Below the pieces are notes generated by a model. It did no database searches and had not been told where the DNA came from. It saw nothing but the letters and a program-made list of their open reading frames with translations. Made by a program: the position numbers and the translations under genes. From Actinomycetota bacterium (GTDB taxonomy: Bacteria > Actinomycetota > Actinomycetes > Actinomycetales > Microbacteriaceae), in assembly GCA_041191625.1 (NCBI GenBank), contig JBEEON010000030.1, positions 1-48,251 on the forward strand: a stretch of DNA of 48,251 bases. The letters run 5' to 3'. Shown piece by piece: positions 38,386 through 46,870 of this stretch (its first letter is position 1; every line of letters begins with the position of its first letter).

Positions 38386-39294
38386 ATGACCACAGTCAGC
38401 GATATTTTCGACCCCAACGAATGGCGCATCGCGCCCGGTGCAGAGAACTTCACCGACGTGACGTACCACCACGCGGTCAGCGGCGGGATAGCCCGCATCG
38501 CATTTAACCGACCCGAGGTTCGCAACGCGTTTCGCCCGCACACCGTCGATGAACTGTACCGAGCGTTGGACGATGCCCGGCTGAATTCCACGATCGGGGT
38601 CATCCTCATCACCGGTAACGGCCCCTCGGCCAAGGACGGCGGTTGGGCGTTTTGTTCCGGTGGGGACCAGCGCATCCGTGGCCGCGACGGGTACAAGTAC
38701 GCCGAGGGCGAGACGTCGGACACCATCGAGGCGGGTCGTGCCGGCCGTTTGCACATCCTCGAGGTTCAACGCCTGATCCGTTTCATGCCCAAGGTCGTTA
38801 TCGCGGTGATTCCGGGGTGGGCCGCCGGTGGCGGACACTCGCTGCACGTCGTCTGTGATCTGTCGATCGCCAGCCGCGAACACGCGATGTTTAAGCAGAC
38901 GGATGCAACCGTCGGGTCGTTTGATGCGGGATATGGCAGCGCCTACTTTGCGCGTCAGGTGGGCCAGAAATTCGCCCGCGAGGTATTCTTCCTCGCCGAC
39001 GAGTACGACGCACAGCGGGCCTATGACATGGGCGCCGTGAATGCCGTGGTGCCGCATGCCGAACTTGAGTCCACGGCTCTGGCGTGGGCGCGGAGGATTC
39101 TGAACCAAAGCCCCACCGCGATTCGCATGCTGAAGTTTGCGTTCAACGCTGTGGATGACGGAATGGTCGGTCAGCAGGTCTTTGCCGGCGAAACGACCCG
39201 GTTGGCGTACGGCACGGACGAGGCCGTTGAAGGCCGCGACGCCTTCCTCGGGAAGCGCGAGCCCGACTGGTCGCCGTACCCCTGGCAGGTCTAG
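38386..39294 (+). CDS. menB: 1,4-dihydroxy-2-naphthoyl-CoA synthase
   Basis: FNRPEVRNAFRP, FCSGGDQR, GGGHSLHVVCD, VGSFDAGYG, EAVEGRDAF. Confidence 0.97.
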   Translation: MTTVSDIFDPNEWRIAPGAENFTDVTYHHAVSGGIARIAFNRPEVRNAFRPHTVDELYRALDDARLNSTIGVILITGNGPSAKDGGWAFCSGGDQRIRGRDGYKYAEGETSDTIEAGRAGRLHILEVQRLIRFMPKVVIAVIPGWAAGGGHSLHVVCDLSIASREHAMFKQTDATVGSFDAGYGSAYFARQVGQKFAREVFFLADEYDAQRAYDMGAVNAVVPHAELESTALAWARRILNQSPTAIRMLKFAFNAVDDGMVGQQVFAGETTRLAYGTDEAVEGRDAFLGKREPDWSPYPWQV

Positions 39295-39302
39295 CCGCGG
39301 TC

Positions 39303-40433
39303 ATGGTCACTGCCGTTCACGCCGTGCGCGCCTCGGATATTTCGGGGCTTGTTGAGGCGGTGACTGCGGCGCTCGCGGGGGGACCCGCGGTGTTCGTCAC
39401 CGATTCCGGAGTGCTTCCCGACGGCGTCCCGTACGAGGTCGAGGACGGTGTGGCTGCTATCGTGCAGACCAGCGGTTCGACCGGTTCACCTAAAAGGGTT
39501 GTTGTGTCCCGGGCCGCGCTGATTGCCTCGGCACAGGCCACGCGTGACGCCGTGGGCGACGGCGACTGGATTCTGGCACTGCCCGCTACCTATGTCGCGG
39601 GGCTCATGGTTATTGTCCGGTCGGTGTTGGGCGCGGGCTCCTTGACCGCACTGCCCGCCGGAAATTTCGTCGCCGCAGAATTCCGCGAGGCGGCGGCTCG
39701 GGCGGTCGAATCCGGTCGAGGGGCCGTGCTCGGCTCGGTTGTGCCAACCCAATTGACGCGGATTCTTGACGACATCGAGGCGCATCCCGCCGAATGGCGC
39801 ACGCTGCTGCCCGCACTGCATTTGCTGGTGGGCGGCCAGTCGTTGCCCGGGGCGGAACGCGATCGCGCTGCGCGGGCTGGTCTGACCATCATCCGAACCT
39901 ATGGTTCCGCGGAGACCGCGGGCGGTGTCGTGTACGACGGCAGGGCGATTGGGGACACCCGAGTGGCCAGCATCGATGGTGTCATCCACGTGGCGGGTCC
40001 CACTCTGTCCGACGGGTATCTGGGCGACCCCGCGCGCACGGCCGACGCATTTCCGGTTCTCGACGGGGTGCGGTGGTACCGCACCCAGGACCTGGGGGAC
40101 GTGTCCGACGGAGTGGTCACCGTCACGGGTCGAGTCGACGACGTGATTGTGACCGGCGGCGTCAAGGTGTCGTTGGGCGAATTGGAATCGTGTCTGCGGG
40201 CCATCGATCCGACCGCGGTCGCCACCTGGTTTACCGATCCCACGTGGGGTCAAGTGCCCGCCGTGATGACCGAAAATCCGGTGGACCAGGGCGCCATTCG
40301 ACAGAGCGTCGAGGATGCATTATCCAAGGCGCACCGCCCGTATCGCTTCCTCACCGGGCCCATTCCGACGCTGGGGTCGGGCAAGCCCGACCGGGCCGCT
40401 ATCCACGAACTGGCCGAACGACTCACGGAATAG
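39303..40433 (+). CDS. menE: o-succinylbenzoate--CoA ligase (short actinobacterial type)
   Basis: TSGSTGSPK, LVGG, TYGSAET, TQDLG, GRVDDVIVTGG, WGQ, SGKPDR; between menB and menA. Confidence 0.9.
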   Translation: MVTAVHAVRASDISGLVEAVTAALAGGPAVFVTDSGVLPDGVPYEVEDGVAAIVQTSGSTGSPKRVVVSRAALIASAQATRDAVGDGDWILALPATYVAGLMVIVRSVLGAGSLTALPAGNFVAAEFREAAARAVESGRGAVLGSVVPTQLTRILDDIEAHPAEWRTLLPALHLLVGGQSLPGAERDRAARAGLTIIRTYGSAETAGGVVYDGRAIGDTRVASIDGVIHVAGPTLSDGYLGDPARTADAFPVLDGVRWYRTQDLGDVSDGVVTVTGRVDDVIVTGGVKVSLGELESCLRAIDPTAVATWFTDPTWGQVPAVMTENPVDQGAIRQSVEDALSKAHRPYRFLTGPIPTLGSGKPDRAAIHELAERLTE

Positions 40434-40442
40434 ACTCGCAGA

Positions 40443-41447
40443 GTGTCAACACGGAAAACTCATCCCACGAAAAAGTCGGGCGGTCGCCCGGGCTCGCATC
40501 CTCGTTCGGGGTCACCCCGCACGTCACGACCCCAGCCCGTTGCGCCGCACCGCGCCACGGTGGGGGACTGGATCCGCGCCGCGCGCCCCGCGACTCTGGG
40601 GTTGGCGTTCGCACCCGTCGCGCTGGGGATTGGTGTCGCGGAATTCGCGATGGATTTCACCGATGAACCGTTCCTGCAGCCGCGCCCCATCGCGCTGTCG
40701 GTGTTGGCCATCCTCATTGCATTTTTCCTGCAAATCGGTGTGAACTTCGCCAACGATTATTCGGATGGAATTCGCGGAACCGACGCGCATCGTGTGGGTC
40801 CCGCACGGCTCGTGGGGTCGCGTGCCGCCACACCCGGCCGTGTGCTGCGCGTTGCGTTGGGATTCTTTGCCGCCGCAGGTGCCGCGGGAATTGCGGTCGC
40901 CGTCATCACGGGGTACTGGTGGATCATCGCGGTGGGTGCCGTGTCAATCGTCGCCGCCTGGTTTTACACGGGGGGCAAGCGCCCCTACGGCTATCACGCA
41001 CTGGGCGAGGTCGTCGTGTTTGTGTTCTTTGGGCTGGTCGCGACCGCGGGCACGGCCTATATTCTGACCGGCGAGATCTGGTGGGACAGCGTGCTGTTGG
41101 GGGTGGCCCAGGGCTTCTTTGCCATGGCCGTGCTGTTGATCAACAACAATCGTGACCGCGAGACCGATATCGCGTCGGGCAAACGCACCCTGTCGGTGAG
41201 GGTCGGTCCCGGTTTTTCTCGGGCTCTGTTCGCCATCTTTATGGCCGTACCGTACGTGATCCTCGGGTACTTCTCGCTGCTATTTTTCCTTGCGCCGTTT
41301 GTGTTCATGACGCTGTTCGTTGCGATTCCCACGGTGCTGATCGGCACCATGGCGGCGAGCCCCAAGGACTACGTGTTGGCGTTGAAGCTGTCGGTTGTCA
41401 CCAGCTTGTTGTTCGCGGTCGGTCTGGCCGCGGCGGTGTCGTTCTAG
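40443..41447 (+). CDS. menA: 1,4-dihydroxy-2-naphthoate polyprenyltransferase
   Basis: ARPATL, NFANDYSDGIRGTD, YTGGKRPYGY, NNNRDRETDIASGKRTL. Confidence 0.95.
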   Translation: MSTRKTHPTKKSGGRPGSHPRSGSPRTSRPQPVAPHRATVGDWIRAARPATLGLAFAPVALGIGVAEFAMDFTDEPFLQPRPIALSVLAILIAFFLQIGVNFANDYSDGIRGTDAHRVGPARLVGSRAATPGRVLRVALGFFAAAGAAGIAVAVITGYWWIIAVGAVSIVAAWFYTGGKRPYGYHALGEVVVFVFFGLVATAGTAYILTGEIWWDSVLLGVAQGFFAMAVLLINNNRDRETDIASGKRTLSVRVGPGFSRALFAIFMAVPYVILGYFSLLFFLAPFVFMTLFVAIPTVLIGTMAASPKDYVLALKLSVVTSLLFAVGLAAAVSF

Positions 41448-41460
41448 TTAGTCGTTCTCG

Positions 41461-41721
41461 TTAGTCGTCGGCGGACTGCGCGGCGATCTGCGCGTCCTCG
41501 TGTGCGGTGTCCGCGTCGACGACGGGCTTGGTCACGCGATTCTGAATCGACGCGGCGGCTCGCTGGCGCATTCCGCCGAGGAAAATGACGGACAATGCCA
41601 GAGCAATTCCCGTGGCGAAAACCGCACCCAGAACCCAGTCGAATCCGATGATCAGCAGGATGGCCAACGCGGCGAGGAAGATTCCGAGGCGCACAGCGCT
41701 ATAGACGACGAGATGTTTCAC
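41461..41721 (-). CDS. DUF4229-like small membrane protein (86 aa)
   Basis: VKHLVVYSAVRLGIF, two TM helices and an acidic tail (DTAHED). It is the last 86 codons of the 736-aa shadow ORF; TACGAT -10 lies 6 nt upstream of the GTG. Confidence 0.8.
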   Translation of the reverse strand: MKHLVVYSAVRLGIFLAALAILLIIGFDWVLGAVFATGIALALSVIFLGGMRQRAAASIQNRVTKPVVDADTAHEDAQIAAQSADD

Positions 41722-41764
41722 TCTCTCATCGTAAAGCGTGGACGGCTCTGGGTAGACTCGAAAT

Positions 41765-42220
41765 GTGACCAGATTTATCGTTATTGGAGTGGTGGCGGTC
41801 ATTGCCGTCATGATCTTCGCACTCGTCGACATCGCCATGTCGAAAGAGTCGCAACTTCGCGTGCTGAACCGCCCCGTCTGGATCATGCTGGTCGTTGTCA
41901 TGCCGGGCCTCGGCGCAATCCTGTGGTTCGTTATCGGCAAATCTCGCGGTCGCGCGACTCCGACGGCGCCGATGGGCCCCGACGATGATGACGAATTCGT
42001 GCGCAATCTGGGCAAGGAAACCGTCGACGAACGGATTCGCCGTTTAGAAGAAGAACTGCGCGAACTTGACTCCGAATTCGAGGCGCCCGCGTCCGATTCC
42101 TCCGACGAACCTCGCTCCGACGACCACTCGGGTTCCGTCGATGCCGATGCCGATGCCGATGGCGATGGCGATGGCGATGGCGCCCAGCCCTCGGGCGACG
42201 GACACCCCGAGTCGCGATGA
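41765..42220 (+). CDS. PLD nuclease N-terminal (PLDc_N) domain membrane protein
   Basis: IFALVDI...LNRPVWIMLVVVMPGLGAILWFVIGK, APMGPDDDDEF, coiled coil, acidic tail. Confidence 0.82.
   Translation: MTRFIVIGVVAVIAVMIFALVDIAMSKESQLRVLNRPVWIMLVVVMPGLGAILWFVIGKSRGRATPTAPMGPDDDDEFVRNLGKETVDERIRRLEEELRELDSEFEAPASDSSDEPRSDDHSGSVDADADADGDGDGDGAQPSGDGHPESR
42139..42180 (+). repeat. Hexanucleotide tandem repeat (CGATGC)3(CGATGG)4
   Basis: Read directly; encodes DADADADGDGDGDG. Confidence 0.9.
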
Positions 42221-43902
42221 CCGACATGGTTCCGTCGACCCGCTGGTCCTTCGAATTTCTTGCCCGACTGATTACCCGCGGCATCACCGATGTCGTGATG
42301 AGCCCGGGTTCGCGCTCGCAATCCTTGGCGCTGGCGGCAGCCCAATTCGAGGCCGCGGGGTTGCTGAACCTGCATGTCGTCGTCGATGAACGCACCGCCG
42401 GGTTTGTGGCATTGGGCCTGTCGATCGAAACAGGACGGCCCGCCGTGGTGGCCTGTACGTCGGGATCCTCGGTGGCAAACCTGCACCCCGCCGTTGTGGA
42501 AGCCCACCATGCGGGTGTCCCCATGTTTGTCGTCACCGCGGATCGTCCGCTCGAGGTGCGCACAACGGGCGGCAACCAGACCACCGTTCAGCCGGGAATG
42601 TTTGCCGGGGCGGTGGGTGGTGTCTGGGACTTCGATGCCACCGACACGAGCGTCCCCGACCTTGCCATCGGGGTTGCCGACGAGGCGCTGCTGACCGCGC
42701 TGACCCAGCGCATTCCGGTGCACATCAACCCACAGTTCCGCGAACCGCTGTCCAGTCCCATCCCCGACGACCTGATTCGTTCGGTGCGACCGGGGACTTT
42801 GCCCGCCATCCCCTCCGAGGTCAGCGAACTCAACGTTTTGGCCATGGCGGGAACGGTCGTGGTGGCCGGTGCGGGCGCCGGACCCCGTGCGGAACGATGG
42901 GCCCGCGAGCTGGGCGCCCCCCTCATTGCCGAGGTCAACAGTGGCGCACACTACGGCCCGCACCTCGTCGTCAACTATCGCGAGGCGTTGTCGAACCCCG
43001 AATTCCGCGACCAGATCACGTCGGTCATCGTCGTGGGCCGACCCACGCTGTCCCGCGCGGTTGACGTTTTGTGCCAGTCCGAGGACGTCGATGTCATCAT
43101 CGTGCGCGGTCCCGAAGCGTTCCCGTATCGACCCCGTCCCGGCGTGCTCGTTGTCGACCACATCGTGACCTCGGGTGATTCCGATGACCTGTCGCGGCAG
43201 TGGGCGTTGCCGTGGGCCCGCCGTTCGCGCGTCGCCCTGGACCAGGCCTTCCCCGACGTCACCGTCGACATCGAGGCGTCGCAATCGGATGACCACAAAA
43301 TTCGTTCGCAGTTCGCCCGCACCGAAATGGGCGTCCAACGCGAGACGGTGTCCGCAGAGATGCTGGTGCGAGCCGTGTGGGATGTCACGTGGCCGCACGA
43401 CCGTGTGGTGTTTGGCGCATCGTCGTTGGTTCGCGTGGCCGACGCATCGGTTCCCGGCAAGCCGCTCAAGGTCATCGCCAACCGGGGGCTGAACGGCATC
43501 GACGGAACAATCGCTACCGCCATCGGTGTGGCCCGCGCCTCGCAGCGTGCGACCGACATCGATGCCCACGGTGTGACCCGAGTGGTGCTGGGCGACCTTG
43601 CCGCCGTATACGACGCGGGGTCGCTGGTTGCGGGCACGGGACGAATTCAGGTCATCGTGGGTAACAACCACGGTGGACGCATTTTTGAGGACCTCGAGGT
43701 CGCCAAATCCGCCGGGGCCGAGGTCTTCGAGCGGGTCATGATTACCCCGCAGTCCATCAACTTTGAGCAGTTGGCCGGCGCCTACGGGTGGGCCTATCGC
43801 CGTGTGACCACGCGCGGTTCACTGACCGAAGCCCTGTCGATCACCACGGGTCCCGTACTGATCGAGGTCGACCTGCCGCACGCACCCGTCAGCGGGATTT
43901 AG
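42217..43902 (+). CDS. menD: SEPHCHC synthase
   Basis: SPGSRSQSLA, DERTAGFVALG, TSGSSVANL, TADRP, NQTT, ANRGLNGIDGT, GDLA, NNHGGRIF. Confidence 0.96.
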   Translation: MTDMVPSTRWSFEFLARLITRGITDVVMSPGSRSQSLALAAAQFEAAGLLNLHVVVDERTAGFVALGLSIETGRPAVVACTSGSSVANLHPAVVEAHHAGVPMFVVTADRPLEVRTTGGNQTTVQPGMFAGAVGGVWDFDATDTSVPDLAIGVADEALLTALTQRIPVHINPQFREPLSSPIPDDLIRSVRPGTLPAIPSEVSELNVLAMAGTVVVAGAGAGPRAERWARELGAPLIAEVNSGAHYGPHLVVNYREALSNPEFRDQITSVIVVGRPTLSRAVDVLCQSEDVDVIIVRGPEAFPYRPRPGVLVVDHIVTSGDSDDLSRQWALPWARRSRVALDQAFPDVTVDIEASQSDDHKIRSQFARTEMGVQRETVSAEMLVRAVWDVTWPHDRVVFGASSLVRVADASVPGKPLKVIANRGLNGIDGTIATAIGVARASQRATDIDAHGVTRVVLGDLAAVYDAGSLVAGTGRIQVIVGNNHGGRIFEDLEVAKSAGAEVFERVMITPQSINFEQLAGAYGWAYRRVTTRGSLTEALSITTGPVLIEVDLPHAPVSGI

Positions 43903-45092
43903 TCCCCGAGGCTTGACCGAATCGGGCGGAACTTCAGTTCGGTTTCCGCAAATTCGCTTTCCGGGTTCGACCCCGCGACGATTCCCGCCCCGGCGTGCGC
44001 GATGATTCCGCCGTCATTCCACTGGGCACAGCGCAGGGCAATCGCAAACTCGCCGTTACCGGCACCGTCGATCCAGCCGACGGGTCCCGCATAGCGTTCG
44101 CGAGGAAAGACCTCGACCTCGTCGATGGTCGCCAAGGCGCGGTCCAACGGCACGCCCGCAACCGCCGCCGTGGGGTGCAATGAATCGATGATCGACAGGA
44201 TCGACGTGTTGTCGCGCAGGATTCCCTCGATATCACTGGCCAGGTGCCACAGGTTCGACAGTCGCAGCGTGAAGGGGCGCAGCGCTCCGACGACGGATCG
44301 GCAGTGCCGTGCGAACACCGTCACGACGGACTGCACGGCAAAAGCGTGCTCGTCCAAATCCTTGGGGCTCGCGGCGAGTGCTCGGGCGGCTTCGGCGTCC
44401 CGTGTCGGGTCGATTCCTCGGGCCGCACTGCCGGCCAGCACTCGGGCGCTGACACGTCGGTCCCGCACCCGAACGAGCGTTTCGGGCGATGCGCCCCACA
44501 GCCCCTCGACGGCAAAAATGTGGGTGCCGGGGTACTCGGCGGTCAGTGTCGCCAGCGGCGTGCGTTCGTCACCCAGGGCGGTCACCGACCCCATGATGGC
44601 GCGGGCCACCACAACCTTCCCGAATTCCTCGTCTAGCCGGTTCACGGCGATATCGACGCGTTCGCGGAAAACCGACTGGCGCGGTTCCCATTCGACGACG
44701 GGGGCGGCACCCAAGGCGCGGCGCTGGGGTTCCGGTGCGCCGGAACCGAGGCTGATGATCGTGACGTCGCGTCCGCGGCGCACGATGGTGGTTCGGGGAA
44801 CGATGAGCCGGGCCTCGCCGCTCGGGTTAAATTCCGCGGTGCCGAACGCCATCAATTGCGATCGATGCCGGCGATCGACGCTGTTCAGCAGGGAATTCCA
44901 CTGTTCGTTCAGTTGCGCGCACCGGTCGAGCCCCTCCGCGACAAAGCGGGAATGGGCCCCGAGTCCCACAATTTCGGTGTCACCGTGCCGGTAATACAGG
45001 GGTGCGGCAGGGGAAGCGTTTTCCAGCAACGAACCCAATCGGGCACTGGGCACAGTGTCGATGGTCACGGGTGTACGGCGAGAAACGGTCAC
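43899..45092 (-). CDS. menF: Isochorismate synthase
   Basis: KVVVAR, GASPETL, LAGS, KDLDEH, LHPTAAVAG, YAGPVGW, FAIALRCA, AGAGIV, ETELK. Confidence 0.9.
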   Translation of the reverse strand: MTVSRRTPVTIDTVPSARLGSLLENASPAAPLYYRHGDTEIVGLGAHSRFVAEGLDRCAQLNEQWNSLLNSVDRRHRSQLMAFGTAEFNPSGEARLIVPRTTIVRRGRDVTIISLGSGAPEPQRRALGAAPVVEWEPRQSVFRERVDIAVNRLDEEFGKVVVARAIMGSVTALGDERTPLATLTAEYPGTHIFAVEGLWGASPETLVRVRDRRVSARVLAGSAARGIDPTRDAEAARALAASPKDLDEHAFAVQSVVTVFARHCRSVVGALRPFTLRLSNLWHLASDIEGILRDNTSILSIIDSLHPTAAVAGVPLDRALATIDEVEVFPRERYAGPVGWIDGAGNGEFAIALRCAQWNDGGIIAHAGAGIVAGSNPESEFAETELKFRPIRSSLGD

Positions 45093-45130
45093 CGTATCAG
45101 GCTACGCCCGACGGGCATAGACTACTAATT

Positions 45131-45832
45131 GTGACGAGCGCTGATATGGAAAAAGATCCCGCACAGGTCGCCGCAATGTTCGATGTTGTGGCTCCTGGGT
45201 ACGACCGCACGAATGCCGTTCTCTCGATGGGTACCAGCGCCCTGTGGCGTATCGCCATGGTGAAGGCTCTCGGCGCGGGCCCCGGTGACCGCGTGTTGGA
45301 CATCGCCGCTGGGACGGGAACGTCGTCGGCGGCCATTGCGCGTCGCGGCGCCGTCGTCACCGCACTTGACTTCTCGGCCGGCATGGTTGCCGAGGGCCGT
45401 GTCCGTCACCCCGAACTGACGTTCATCGAGGGGGATGCCGAAAAACTTCCGTTCGAAGACAACAGCTTCGACGCCGTGACCATCTCGTTTGGGCTGCGCA
45501 ACGTCAATCAGCCCCGTCAGGCGCTCGCCGAAATGTTCCGCGTTTTGCGTCCGGGCGGACGACTGGTGGTCTGTGAATTCACCACCCCGCCGGTGGGCTT
45601 TGTTCGCGCGGGCTACGAGGCCTACCTGCAGAAGGTGATGCCGATCCTCGCCAAAATTTCCAGCACTAATCCCGCCGCGTACACCTACCTGTTCGAGTCG
45701 ATTCGCAACTGGCCACGCCAGGCCGTTCTCGCCTCGTGGATTCAGGACGCCGGATTCGAATCGGTGGGGTACCGAAACCTGACCGCGGGCGTTGTTGCGC
45801 TGCACCGTGGCACCAAACCGGAAGCAGAGTAG
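45131..45832 (+). CDS. menG: Demethylmenaquinone methyltransferase (UbiE/MenG)
   Basis: MFDVVAPGYD, VLDIAAGTG, DAEKLPF, FGLRNV, YLFESI. Confidence 0.93.
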   Translation: MTSADMEKDPAQVAAMFDVVAPGYDRTNAVLSMGTSALWRIAMVKALGAGPGDRVLDIAAGTGTSSAAIARRGAVVTALDFSAGMVAEGRVRHPELTFIEGDAEKLPFEDNSFDAVTISFGLRNVNQPRQALAEMFRVLRPGGRLVVCEFTTPPVGFVRAGYEAYLQKVMPILAKISSTNPAAYTYLFESIRNWPRQAVLASWIQDAGFESVGYRNLTAGVVALHRGTKPEAE

Positions 45833-45835
45833 CCC

Positions 45836-46864
45836 GTGAGTAAAGCAGCCGGAATCGCCAAATCGTTTGGCCTGTCCGCCGCACTGACGGCCTCTGCGGA
45901 CGAACGGGAATTGTTGGCATGGCTGGACACATCCTTGGCGTCGATCGAGGCGGGGCTGGACAAGAACCTGCACTACGCGGATCGACTGGCCGACACGACC
46001 GCTCGCTATCTGTTGGGCGCCGGCGGCAAGCGTATTCGTCCGCTCTTGACACTGTTGACCGCCGAGTACGGCGACCGTTCGGATCCCCGCATTGCACTGT
46101 CGGCTGAGGTCGTCGAAATGATTCACCTGGCGACCCTGTATCACGATGACGTGATGGACGACGCCGACCTGCGCCGTGGCGCAGCGGCAGCCCACACGGT
46201 CTGGGGTAACAGCATCGCCATCCTCACCGGTGACCTGTTGTTTGCGCGCGCCAGCGTGCTGGCCTCGGAACTGGGCGACGAAATTCTGAGGCTGCAGGCC
46301 CGCACTTTTGAGCGCCTGTGCATGGGTCAGCTGCACGAAACCACGGGCCCCGGACCCGAGGACAATCCGGTCGAGCACTACATTCAGGTGCTGGCGGACA
46401 AGACCGGTTCGTTGATTTCGGCCAGCGCCCAGCTGGGAGTTCTCAGCTCGAATGGACCCCGCGAGTACCTTGCGCCACTGGTGACCTTTGGTGAAAAAAT
46501 CGGCGTTGCCTTCCAGCTCATCGACGACGTCATCGATCTGAACGGAGACAAGACGGGCAAGCCCAAGGGGACCGATGTCCGCAACGGCGTCAACACCCTG
46601 CCAATCCTGGGCTTGCGTGCCGCCACCGATCCCGAATCGGTTGCCCTCGCGGCCGAATTGGATGCGGCTCTCGCGTCACCGGAAACCGCGGATTTCGACT
46701 CGATCATCGACCGCATCAAGGCCAGCCGCCACACCGCCGACACCGTCGCCACTGCCGAGCGTTGGGGTGCCGAAGCCGTCGCCGCTCTGGACCAGCTGCC
46801 TGACACTCTTCCCACCCGCGCCCTTCGCCGCTTTGCGGATCGGGTGCTCCACCGCGAACTGTAG
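45836..46864 (+). CDS. Polyprenyl diphosphate synthase (HepT/GrcC-like)
   Basis: GGKRIRP, first aspartate-rich motif LYHDDVMD..RRG, GD, KTGSL, second motif FQLIDDVID, TGKP. Confidence 0.93.
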   Translation: MSKAAGIAKSFGLSAALTASADERELLAWLDTSLASIEAGLDKNLHYADRLADTTARYLLGAGGKRIRPLLTLLTAEYGDRSDPRIALSAEVVEMIHLATLYHDDVMDDADLRRGAAAAHTVWGNSIAILTGDLLFARASVLASELGDEILRLQARTFERLCMGQLHETTGPGPEDNPVEHYIQVLADKTGSLISASAQLGVLSSNGPREYLAPLVTFGEKIGVAFQLIDDVIDLNGDKTGKPKGTDVRNGVNTLPILGLRAATDPESVALAAELDAALASPETADFDSIIDRIKASRHTADTVATAERWGAEAVAALDQLPDTLPTRALRRFADRVLHREL

Positions 46865-46870
46865 GACTAC

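Noticed and set aside
41461-43671. 736-aa minus-strand ORF
   Set aside because: Antisense shadow of menD and the PLDc_N gene; only the last 86 codons look like a real protein and they have their own promoter.
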